Source: the human T2T-CHM13v2.0 reference genome, Homo sapiens. Taken from it: a stretch of 64,000 nucleotides of DNA. The notes under the pieces are model-generated. The model did not search any database, was not told where the DNA came from, and was given only the letters and a program-made list of their open reading frames with translations. This document shows, one piece after another, positions 14,125 through 26,529 of this stretch (position 1 is its first letter; each line of letters starts with the position of its first letter). The stretch lies in NCBI RefSeq assembly GCF_009914755.1, contig NC_060947.1; one strand, written 5' to 3'. Made by a program: the position numbers and the translations under genes.

Positions 14125-16288
14125 CAGACTCAGGAAGAAATATGAAGCCTGAACAATTCCTTAAAGGGCAGAGCAATAGTCAAACTAGACTTCAGGCTTA
14201 GTTGTCTTCACCGGTGAATTCTACCAATAATACAGGAAGCAGATAATTACAGCCTTAAAAAAATTTTCCTGGAGATTAGAGGTATAGGGACTATACTCCA
14301 ACTTGCTTATAAACTAGCATAACATTACTACTAAGAATCATCAAAGACATTACAAGATAGAAAAATTTCAGGCAAATCTCACATATTGACAGACTGGTGG
14401 ACAAACTATCCAAAGCTAAAATATAAACAAAATAAACTCAGCAATACATACAAAAAAACAAAGCTGAGTTGCAATCACGAATATAACTTTGGTTTAATGT
14501 TAGAAATTCAATTAATATAAAATTTTTAGAAAGATAAATAGTTAAAATATATAATCTTATCTGGCAATTTGAAAAATGCCTTTGATAAGCTAAAACAATA
14601 AGAAAACATTGTTCACATGATAAAGGGTAGCTATGTAAAATACACAACAATCATACATAAAAGTGTGTCATTAATAGTGTTAACTTTAGTGTTAATAAAC
14701 AAGGGAAGGATGTCTGCTATGGCTGAGCGTATTCAACATTCTATATAAGTTTCAAAGCACTGCCAGTGCACCAAGACAAGGTAAGAAGAAAAGAGTATCT
14801 GTATTAGAAAGGAAGAAAAAAATCTATATGTAAATGAAAATAATTTTTTCATAGAGAAAATACACAACAAGATACATAATAACTGTGTAAATAATGAGAG
14901 CTTTAAAATGTGCTGGATGGAAAATCAATATACAGAGAAACTGCATGTTAATATATCAGCAATAAGCAGTTAAAAACATTTCTAAATAATACAATTTTAA
15001 TAACATCATAATTTATCAGTAGTAATTCTAAAGCTATAGTTACCAAGACAATGAAGTATTATAGCTAAGTAATTTCATCAAAAGCACAGAATTGGGAATC
15101 CAAACACACACATACACAGAATAAATTAAGAGGCAGCATTGCAGATCAATGGTGAAAGGATGTATTTGTCATTAAATGGTACATGAATGATTAGGTACCC
15201 ATATTCAAGAAAAAAATGAAATTGGTATGTACATCACGCTATATCTCTCAATGTTTAAAAATATTGGATTGAAAATATAAATATGTAAGTCAAAAGTGTG
15301 ACTAAAACTCTGACCACATTTTAAAGCCTGACATTATTAAGGGTTGAAAAAAATAAAGAACAACAGAAAATTTCATTTTTAGCTGTGCAAATGCAAATTG
15401 GTAAAATTATTGAGAAACTGTTTTGTTTTATCTGCTGAAGTTTAAGAAGTTCAAATACATCTGTACTGTTACCAAAGTTCTACTTATTGAGGAATCATAT
15501 TTATAAATTAGCTAGATTTAAACTTTCCACAATGTATATATACTTTAAAACATAATGTTATACACCATAAATACATAACATTTTATCTGTCAATTTAAAA
15601 TAAATAAATGAATAAACACAATTCCATTCATTAATCTAGGGGTGGGTTACGTGTGTTTGTGATTATTCTTAAAATGTACATATATATTTTGTGTACTCTA
15701 TTTCATATAAACTATATCTCATAATATTAAAAAGTTTAAGCCTTTTTAATCATTAGTTTAAAATCTTTTAGTAAAGAAGGAACCACATTCAGAAAATTTA
15801 ATGATAAATATAGTAGACATATAAGGAACAATCAATTCTGATTTTGCACAAAATATCACCATGTATAGGAAAACACAGAATAATCTCCAATTAAATGAAA
15901 AGAAAACTAACTAGAGAATTTTTTGAATATGATAATATATGCAAAAAAATTATAATCATTTTTAATCAATAAAAATGAAAAGTCTTGTGTTATAACTTCT
16001 CTTTAACATTACATTGAAAATCATGATCAATGGAAACAGTCTAGAAAAAATACAAATATGCAAATGAATCAAAAAAGAAAAGGAAAAATTATCATTTTTC
16101 CCAGATAATAACATAATATCTATAAAAAACTTACAATATACAGTAAAAGTTTTCAGCTTTGAAAGTTGTTTAGAAAGTGTTTCAGATACATGTCAAAATC
16201 CAAAAACCAACTGCATTTCCATATCAACAAATAGTTATAAATGCAATTTTACAAAGGTACATTATAACAGCATTAAAATATTAAGTAC

Positions 16289-16454
16289 TGTTACAGAATG
16301 AAAGTGTGAGTCTCTCAAAACTGTATATGTTGATGCCCTAACTTCCAATGTAACAGTATTTGGAGATGTTACTGTAGGAGACAATTAGGATTAGATTACA
16401 ACGTGAGAGTGGGGACCTCATAATAATCTTATTGGTCTTGTAAGTAGAGGATCG

Positions 16455-16508
<54 letters not shown>

Positions 16509-16701
16509 GTACCTTATGAAGACAAAGCAAGAAGGCAGTCATTGGCAAACCAAGATGAGAGTTCTCACCGGAACCAACTATGCTGGCATTCTACTCTCAA
16601 ATGCCCAGCCTCCAGAACTGTGAGAAAATAAAATAAATTTCTGTAGTTTAAGCCACCCAGTCTATAGTATTTTATTATGGTAGCTGAAGCAGACTAATAT
16701 A
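16289..16701 (+). mobile_element. MLT1A-type MaLR solo LTR
   Basis: TG start; 'gtatttggagatg', 'cagcctccagaactgtgagaaaataa', 'taagccacccagtcta'. Confidence 0.85.
16458..16503. repeat. (CT)n microsatellite
   Basis: About 22 perfect CT units inside the LTR. Confidence 0.97.
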
Positions 16702-17149
16702 AATAGGTTCTAAAGTTATATTTTTAAGACACTGTAGATAATCTAAATCAATAGAGAAATGTACCATATTCATGGAAGAATAGAAAGACACCATTTATCT
16801 CAAAATTGATCTGCAGAAATAATATTTTTCCAACTAAACTCTCGACATGAGTTCCCTTTCAATTTTTCATGGAAAAATTAAGTAAATTCTAATGTCTATA
16901 TTAAGAACAAGAGTTCAATAATAGTCAAGAGATATACAAAGAAAAGAGACAAAGAAACAGGACTTGCTTTCAATACTTTTTACAACATTACACCAATTGA
17001 GACATTGTAATATTGTTTAAGAGATATACAAATTTATTATCAATACATGGAGAGTCAAAACGGACCTATGAATATTTAGAAACTTAATGTGACAAAGACA
17101 ACATTACAGATAATTTTTTTGAAAATAGACTATATAGGTGACAGACACA

Positions 17150-17510
17150 GCTTATCAAGAAAATCATTTATCCTTTTCATTCGATACACAGTAGACTACA
17201 TTTCTCAGGATCTTCTTACATTTGATGTAATGATGTTACTGAGGTTATAGCCAATGAAAAAGAAATGAAAGTGAGTTGTGCCATGTCTAATCCTGGCGAA
17301 CAAAATTTTCCTTGCCTCAATGTTTTTTCATATCAAATACTTGATGCAGAAAAACACATCAAATTGGAAGACACATGTTAAAGATTGTAGTGATGCAATA
17401 TAAAACAAATCTGATTAAATGAGATCACCAATATTGGAGTGTTATATGAACAATATATATTTTATTGTAAAAAGCCACTGATAATTTCAGGTTTGTTTGT
17501 TAAAGCATAT
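17150..17510 (+). mobile_element. Old MLT1 (H/I/J-like) LTR remnant
   Basis: 'agactacatttctcag', 'gccaatgaaa...gaaagtga', 'aagccactga...gtttgtttgttaaagca'. Confidence 0.55.
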
Positions 17511-17751
17511 TGTGTAAAAAGTAAAATCGATCCATACCTAGTATCATTCATGAAATGTAATTTCAGATGGATTAAGGAGATAAAGGCAAATAGTAAAACT
17601 ATAAAATATTTAGAAATAAATATAAAAGAATAATCCTGTATGACATCAAGTAAGAAATGTATTTTTTAAACAAGATATTTAAAGTGCAGATCAGAAAGGA
17701 AAATAAACACACAAAGTAAAAAAAATGTCTTCCCAATCAAAAACACTATAG

Positions 17752-20700
17752 GCACTTCCAGTCTAGATAAAATGGCCATGTATCTATTTTTACCTGCTCC
17801 TTTATGCTAAACACAACAGAAAACTCTAGAAATAGCATAAGAGACAGCCAAAAGAAAATTCTGCAAAACGTTAAATAAAAATATTATTTAGAATCTCATG
17901 ACTGGAAGAACAGTACAGCTGCAGGGTGTAATGCATCTCTTCACTCAACAAAGGAAGACAGTTCAGACGTAGTGTTTCTCTATCCACACTTTAGCAACAA
18001 AAAGCAGCTGAGGTGTGTTCATTCTTTTCCTAGATTTAACAGGAGTGCCTCTAACATCAGGAAGCAAAAGCACCAGCAGAAAGCACCAGCAAGGGGCGAC
18101 AATTAAGAACCTTGTCAGAAATAAACAGCCAAGGGAGGTACTCTCCTTTCTTACTGGTCCTGGGAATTTGGATTTTCACTCAAATAATTCAAAGCAGGTA
18201 GAGCCAGCAAAGGAGACTGAGCAACAGAAGGTCTGAGAAACCTTTTTTACCCCATGGTCCAAGACTCTCTTCCTCACCAGGAAATACTGAAAAGCACAAT
18301 AACTGAAATAAAAATGTGCTGGGTGGTCTCATTCTCATTACAGTGAGAATGTAATTAGACAGAATAATTGAACTTGAAAATTAAAAAAAAAATTATTGAT
18401 CCTACCTGAAAAAGAGAGGATACTTACTAGGGGAAAAAATAAACAGAGCCTTAGACTTATGGGACAATAACAAAAGATTCAATACTTATGTCATCAGAGT
18501 TCAAGATGGAGAGGAGAGAGAATAAAGTTTAAAAACTATTTGAAGAAACAACAAAAGAAAACTTCCCACATATGGAGAATGATTTTCTCTTGGATCTATT
18601 GATCCAAGAGAAAAGCAAATTTCAAACAGAATAAACCCAAATCAATTTACACCAAACAAACATAATTAAACTTTTGAAAAGTAAAGACAATGAAAAAAAC
18701 TTTAAAAGCAGCCAGGAAGCAATGAGATATTACTGATATGAGCCCATCAATTTGAATGATAGCAGATTCATCATCTGTAATTATGGAGGCCAGAGGAAGT
18801 GGGACAATAATTACCAAATGCTGAAAGAAAAAAAAAGTCAACTGTAAATACTACATCTGGTTAAACTAAACTTTGAGAATAAGGGAAAATAGAATCAAAC
18901 TAAGAAAAACTGAAAGAATTTGTAGCTATCAGGCCTACGCTTAAATAATGGCTAAAGGAAGTTCTTTAAAACTAAAGGAAATGATGAAATCTTGGAGCAT
19001 CAGGAAGGAAGATACAAGGGAAGGAGCTAAAATACGGGTACATCAAATAGACTTTCCATTTCCTCATGAATTTTTAAAATAATTTTGATGATTGAAACAC
19101 AAATTAAAATACTATGTGATACTCAAGACAATGACAAGAATAAATCCAATCCAAATCAATATATTAATACAATAAATAAATTCTCTGGAAAACAGAGCAA
19201 CACCTAAAAATATAAAAATTAAAAAATGAAGAAAGTGAAAAGATGGAAAAAGATAGTATGCAGAAATTAATGAAACAAACATGAATGGCCATGTTAATAT
19301 CAGATAGAGCAAACATCAGAACAGAGAATATTACCAGGGACAAAGAGGAACATTAAATAATGATAAAAGAATTAACCCATCAGAAAAATATAATAATCCT
19401 AAATGTGTACAAATCAACCCATAAAGCCTCAAAATATATGATACACGAAGGAAGAAATAGACAAATCCACAATTTATAGTTGTGGACTACAAAATCCTCT
19501 CTCAGCAACTGATAGAACTATTAGGCAGAAAATCAGCTGCTATAGAAAATCTAATTGAAACCATCAACCAACAGGATCTAATTGTTATATAGAGGGAATT
19601 CCTAAGGACAACACTAGAATGCATAGTTTTTCAAGCATTCATGGGACACTGACCAAGACTGACCATAATCTGGGCTGTGAAATCAACATCAACAAATTTT
19701 AAAATATTGAAACTATACAGAGGATGTTAACTGATCATTAGGTAATCAAACTAGAAATCCATAATAAAAAAACAATAGAAAAATATCAAAGTACTTGGAA
19801 AATAAACAGCATACTTTAAAATACCATAATTCTAAGAGGAAGTCCAATTTACAAAAACAGAACTTAATAAAAAGGAAAATAAATTATATCTAAATATGAG
19901 GGAGGAAGATAAAGTAGTGCTGATGGGGAAATTTAGATAAATAATGTACACATTTAAGGACCAGAATCAGTACTGAAAAGGGGAGTATTACTACAAAGTC
20001 TGCAACCACAAAAATGATAATAAGGGACTACTTTAAACAAATTTACACTCATGTTTTTAACAACTTAGAATAAACTAATTCCTTAAAAATCACCAACTAA
20101 CAAAACTCAACCAAGATTAATAGATAATTTTAATCACACTATAACCAATTTAAAAACTTTCTCATTTAAAAGTTTCTGACAAAGATATTTTTAGAGCAAA
20201 ATTGTTTGACTACAGAATTTTACTAAAACAAAGAATTATTACTAAGTTTACACACATTTTCCAGGAAATAGATGAATAGTGAATACTTCTCAACTAATTT
20301 TATGAAGCCGGTATTACCCCATAACTGACATTAGACAAAAAGAGTATAAAAAAAGAAAACTACAGACCAATATCTCTCATGAGCTTACACATGAAAATCT
20401 TCAACATGATATGAATCCACTAAATTCAGCAATGTTACACCATGGCTAGAAAGATTTATTCCAGGTATGCAAGGCTATTTTAAAATTTAAAAAGCAATAA
20501 TTGTAATCTACTATATCAATGGGCTAGATGAGAAAAATAATATAAGCATTTCAATAAATGTACCAAAACATTTAACAAAATCTAACACACATTCATGATT
20601 TTAAACCTCATAAGGTTAGGATAAAAGGAATTACTTCAGTGTGATAAAGAGAATCTACAAAAAAACCCTACAATTAAAGACATATGCAAATATGAAAGAC

Positions 20701-22984
20701 TGGATGCTTTCCTCTTAAGATCATGAATGAGGCAATGATGTCTGTTTTCACCACTCTTATTCCACATACTGCTGAGAATTTTACCCACTGCAATAATTCA
20801 AGAAAAACAAGGTATACAGATTAGAAGGGATGAAATAAAACTATCACCATTTGCAAATGACATGATTGCCCCATAGAAAATACCAAAATATTTATTTAAA
20901 AACCACTAAAGATAAAAGGTGATTTCAGAAATGTCCCAGAATATGACACAAACACATAAAAGTTCATCATATTTCTATACATGAATAATACACATGAAAA
21001 CTCTGAAATTGGAATACCATTTGCAACTATTCCAAAGAACATGAGATATGAGATACTTAGGTAAACACTTAACAAATTTTGTACTAACTCTTTACTCTCA
21101 ATTTTTGTAATAATGAGGATAAAAAAGTCAGATTCTAAATAAATGGACAGACACACTGTGTTCATGGATTGAAAGACTCAACATAGATGACAATTTGCCT
21201 CAAATTTTTCTATAGGTTAAAAGCACTTCCTATAAAAAAAAAACTTAGCTAAGATTTTGTAGACATAAACAAACTTTTCCTAAAATTTTAATAAATAGTC
21301 ACAAGCCCTAGAATAGATGCAACAATTATTACAATAAAGACTAACATGGGAAGAATCACTCAGCATGAATCTGTTTTGATATATATCTGCAGTAATCAAG
21401 ACAGTTTGGTTTTAGTTTAGACACAAACACATAGGTAAGTGCAACAGAATGGAGAACCCAGAAATAAGAATACAGAAATATGCTCAAATGATTTTTTACA
21501 ATAGTATATAGTGTATATACTTGTATTAGTTCATTCTCACATTGCTATAAGGAAACACCTGAGACTGGGGAATTTATAGAGAAAAGAGGTTTAATTGGCT
21601 CATGGTTCTGCAGGCTGTATAGGAAGCATGATGCTGGCATCTGCCTGGGTTCTGGAGAGGCCTCAGGAAAATTTCAGTCATGACAGAAGCCAAAGGGGAG
21701 AGAGGGCAGGTCACATGGCCAGAGTAGGAGCATGAGAACAAGGGGGGAGTTATCTTGTGATAACTCACTCACTATCGTGAGGACAGTACCAAGGGGGATG
21801 CTGCTAAACCATTCATGAGAAATCCACTCCCATGATCTAATCACCTCCCATCAGGCTGCACCTCCAAAACCGAGGATTACATTTCATTATGAGATTTCAG
21901 CAGGGACACACATCAAAACGATATCAATACTATAATAATATATATAACAATGTAATTACAAAATTACCAAAAGACATGAACAGATAGACATTTTACTGAA
22001 GAGGACAAGCAGCTGTCAAATAAGTACATGAGAAATTGCTGTACATCATTAATAAACATGGAATCCAAATTAAAACTACAATGAGATATCACTACAAATT
22101 TACAATGCCTAATTTTTTTTTAATGACAGTATAAATGCTGGTGAGGATGTAGAGAAGGTAAATTGCTGGGAAAGTGATATGGTATAGTATACTCTGCAAA
22201 ATAGTTTTGCAGCTTTTTATAAAACAAAATATGTAATTGCTGTACAACACAGCAATTGAACTTCTGGCACCTATCCCAGAAAAATGAAAACATATGTTTA
22301 CAAAAAAGCCTGTACAGAAATGTTTATAGGATTTATATTCCTAATATCCAAAAACTGAAATCAGTCCAAGTGTCTTTCAACAGATGAATGGTTAAACAAA
22401 CTCTGATAAATCCACATCATGTAATACTACTCTGTAATAAAAAAGGAACAGAGGATTTATACATACAACATGGATTAATTTTGAGGAAATCATGCTGAGT
22501 GAAATAAGTCAATCCCAAATGTCATATACTGTGCAATTCCATTTATGTTACATTTTTGAATTTATAAAATTTTTTAAATGAAGGAAAAATAAGAAGTTGC
22601 CAAGGGTTAGGAATGGGGTGGGGAGGAAACAGTGGTTGTGATTATAGGTGGGCATCACAAAAGATCATTGTGATGTTTGAACTGTTTGGTATCTTCACTG
22701 TGTTGGTAGATATACAAATGTGCACTTTCAAAAAAAAAAAAAGAAGATAATCCCCTCACACACACATACTCACAAACACAGATTGGAACATGCAAAACAA
22801 GAAAGCTGATAAAGTCAGCGGATTGTATTAATAAAAACATTACTTTTTTGTGATACTATACTATAATTTGGCAAAATATTACCATTAGAGAAAATTTGAA
22901 GAAAGGAACAAGGGATGTATGTATTATCTCCTGCAAGTGTAACTGACTTTACAATCATCTCAATACAATTTTCACTAAAAATAT
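17752..22984 (+). mobile_element. Near full-length degenerate L1MC1/2-like element with internal deletions
   Basis: 5'UTR, ORF1 (~18300-18970), ORF2 including 'tttgcaaatgacatgatt' (FADDM region), L1MC-type 3'UTR; candidate TSD ACACTATAG at 17743-17751 and 22985-22993. Confidence 0.85.
21522..21926 (-). mobile_element. MSTB-like MaLR solo LTR
   Basis: 'tgtattagtt...cctgagactggg...atatca'; perfect 5-bp TSD ATACT at 21517-21521 and 21927-21931. Confidence 0.93.
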
Positions 22985-23101
22985 ACACTATAGATCCCAT
23001 CATTCTACTTGGGATGCAAAAGCCTGAAAACGTGGTAACTAATAATAATCTACCAAATCATAATAACTTTTGAAACCATTAGAAGCTTTTCTCACAGCAC
23101 A

Positions 23102-23466
23102 TGTTATGGATTAAATCTTTTTGCTCCCCCAAAAGTCAGGTGTTGAAATGTTAACCCCCAATATGATGGTATTTGGAGATGAGGCCTTTGGGAGGTAATT
23201 AGGTCATGAGTGTAGAGCCCTCAGGAATGATATTGGTGCTCTTATAACAGAAGACATGAGAAAGATGTCTTTTCTCTCCACCAGGTGGGGATACAATAGT
23301 AAGACAACAATCCACAATCCAGGAAGAGTATCCTCATCACAAACCAGATGTGCATATAATTTGATCTTAAAATTCCCAGCCTCTGGAACTGTGAGAAATA
23401 AGTATTTGTTGTTTAAGCCTGTCAGTCTATGGTATTCTGTCATAGCGTCCCAAACTGATTAATACC
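23102..23466 (+). mobile_element. MLT1A0-like MaLR solo LTR
   Basis: 'tgttatgga', 'gtatttggagatgaggcctttgggaggtaattaggtcatgag', 'ggaactgtgagaaataa'. Confidence 0.9.
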
Positions 23467-24148
23467 AAACTAGCAAAGGTATTAGAAGAGACAAACATTT
23501 TCAAAGATCATGTAGATGGGAACACAGGCTATCTGGAGAAGAGTATCAGAGGAACACAAGGCCACCATAGAAGGGCTAAGAAGATTTCAGCTAAAATATT
23601 TAATAATTTGCTAAGGAATAGGTTAAAACTATTAAGAAAATGAACAATATCTAGAAGTCAGACACAAGAAGAGTTCACAATGCACATTATAATCTGAAAA
23701 TGAGAAAAATCAGAGGTATATTGGTTGTGCAGGCCTGGGAGAGGGCAGCAGATACCAATCTCTCTTTTCTGTGGAACAAAAGCATTACAATACTTGGAGA
23801 ATGTTAGCAAACCTTTTCGCTACTAAAGAACTGGTGAAGATCCATAGCAGAATGAAAAGAGAACAACAACAAAAACAAACCCTACAACCTTTGAGGCAGG
23901 TGAGAGAACTTTCTGACCCTGACAATTAGAAATCTACTGTGGATGGAGGAGGAGCAGGAACACTAAAGCATCCCCATCCTCAAGACCCTGGAACACAGGG
24001 CCTGCTTAAGACTCAGCCTGATTCAGGAAACAGAGAACAATAACCCCACACCACCATCCAAACAGGTTAGCAAAAGTCGAGTTACCAGTAACAGATGTCT
24101 ACCACTAAGTATATACAAGAGTATGAAGAGAAACTCTCTGTGAGAATT

Positions 24149-24425
24149 AGGTTCCTACAAATCTATGAATTTCTAAATGATTTCACAGCAGATTTAGCTA
24201 TGACACAGATATCAGAACTATTAGATAGGTAATTGAAATTAATACTATTAATACATTTAAGAAATCTCTAATGGAAAAGATAAATAAGCAAGATCAGGTA
24301 GGTAATACATTAATCCAGGTTAGCATCTGGATTCTAAGAGTTAATGAGTTTGAAGTATGCAAATTTTTGTTCTTATTGTAAGATCAGGAGCAATGTCCTT
24401 TCAGTTCTCTGTGTCTAACGGGAAA
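24149..24425 (+). repeat. Inverted repeat, left arm (~277 bp)
   Basis: Reverse complement of 25469-25746 with about 13 differences by manual comparison. Confidence 0.95.
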
Positions 24426-25468
24426 ACAGAAGTTCTTAGCTTCTAAGAGACATTTTCACTGGATACAGAATATTAGTTCAACATTGTTTTTTTCATTCTG
24501 AACTTCAAAGATATTAATCAAGCATCATCTGCCTTGCATAGTTTTGGAGAAAAACTCTGTGCTACTTTTTCTCTCTCTTCTTGTGTATATAATGTGTATT
24601 TTTCTCTGTCTTTGATATTTATCTTTGCTTGACAAAAGTGTGAATGAGATGTGTTAAGGTTTATATATTGTGGTACTTTCATGGTTTTGTATTCTCTCAC
24701 AATCTTGGATGCATTGTTTGATATATTTTACCACTTTTGGAAAATTCTTGACCAATATCTCTTCAAATAATTTTTCTGTCCTGTTTTCTTCCTCTTCTCT
24801 TTTGGAGTTATAACTGCATAGATATTAGACAATTTAAATTGTTTCTCTTCATTTAATTTCAGGTTTGCCTAATTTTTCTTGGTTGTGTCTTATTTGCTGA
24901 TGAACCCAACAAAGCCACAATTTATCTCTGTTGCTCTGTATTGTATTTCTAGCACTTCCATTTTTTTCCTATTTTTAGCCTCTATTTCTTTGTTGAAGTC
25001 TTCCATCTCTTCACGCATAGCTGCCTTTTTATTAGAGGCTTTATCATATCAATCGTAGCTCTTTCCCTGTATATTAGTTCCAACATCTAAGTTATAACTA
25101 AATCTGATTTTGTTAATCACTTGGTTTTCTGGCAGTGAGATTTTTGGTTGTTTGCTTTTTTCTGTGACCAGTAATATTTGGTTGAGAGCCAGACATTGTG
25201 TTGAATATGGTAGAGACATAAATAAATGGTATTTATAGTTGGTAATTGGAAGTTTCTTATTCTTCTAGATCTTTCTTATTGACAGCTGATTAAATATATC
25301 TATGATTTGAACTGGGTGTGTGTTTTGTTATAAATATGGTTCCCATCATTGCACTAATAATTTTGAATTCCACTAGCATTACCTTATGCTTAAGTAGGTG
25401 TTTAGCTGCTGGCACTACGTTTGCAACATTTCTATTCTACCATCATCTTCACAGTTTAACATCTCTTA
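24426..25468 (-). mobile_element. Old L1M ORF1/5' fragment in antisense, forming the spacer of the inverted repeat
   Basis: T-rich; 'ttttggaaaattcttgaccaatatctcttcaaata' is a typical antisense L1M ORF1 motif. Confidence 0.7.
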
Positions 25469-25746
25469 TTTCCTGTTAGACACAGAGAACTGAAAGGACA
25501 TTGCTCCTGATCTTACAATAAGAACAAAAATTGGACATACTTCAAACTCATTAACTCTTAGTATCCAGATGCTGACCTGGATTAATATATTACCTACCTG
25601 ATCTTGCTTATTTACCCTTTCCATTAAAGATTTCTTAAATGTATTAATAGTATTAATTTCAATTACCTATCTAATAGTTCTGATATCTGTGTCATAGCTA
25701 AATCTGCTATGAAATCACTTAGAAATTCATAGACTTGTATGAACCT
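25469..25746 (-). repeat. Inverted repeat, right arm
   Basis: Reverse complement of 24149-24425. Confidence 0.95.
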
Positions 25747-26529
25747 CCCCAGAGAACTTAGGTTTCGGGATAAATGGACATCCTAAAATCTGGAGAGAAA
25801 GTTGACTTCAGTGAGACATAAGATTATTTGGTCACATTGAGTGGAAACTTCTGGATACAATATAAACTGGTAGAAAACTTGAACTAGATATTTTGATGAA
25901 TACTAGAGGCCAAATGTAGGCGAATGAATATGAAACATCTGGGGGTAACATTTATAAGAATAATCACATCTTCTTGCTGGATTGTCTTTCAATGAGACCA
26001 CTAGACTCTTAAATAGCAGGAAGAATCCAAACAAAGCTTCCTTTGTTGGTGCCAGCTGAGGGACAAAACCTAAATATGCACAGACTTCTTACCATATTTC
26101 CTTTATGGAGCAAAAGGCTTAGTCTGTATAGAAAAGACTATCAAGACACGTAGTATAAGGACTCCAGTGAAATCTCATCATAGCTAGGAGAAAGAACAGA
26201 CAGCTAGGAGAAAGAAGACACCAGTAACTCATTTTCTTTATATCCTCTAGGTAATAAAAGCCTTAATCTTTAGGAGAAGACCCTCAAAACCATATCTTGA
26301 AGCCTCTAGTGTTTACCTACTGTAACTCAAGAAAGGTAATAGGATGGGAGAAGAAGGTCCAACTCTGGAGAAGAGTAGAAACCCCTGTAAATACCACACA
26401 TTTAAGACACAGGTCCATAAAATCTTCTAAGCACTAAGGTGTAATTACAACATCAGACAATGTCCCCACCATCTACCACCATGCTAACAAAATTTGAGTA
26501 AAAATAACAGTGGAATATGATTTTGAGAG

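Larger units (their letters stand above)
14131..17750 (+). mobile_element. Patchwork of very degenerate L1M ORF2/3' fragments hosting MLT1 LTRs
   Basis: Decayed motifs such as 'ggtgaattctaccaata', 'aaggatgtctgctat', 'gtaccatattcatgga', 'atcgatccatacct'. Confidence 0.55.

Noticed and set aside
26182-26216. Short direct repeat AGCTAGGAGAAAGAA x2
   Set aside because: An ordinary slippage duplication within an old L1 5'UTR.
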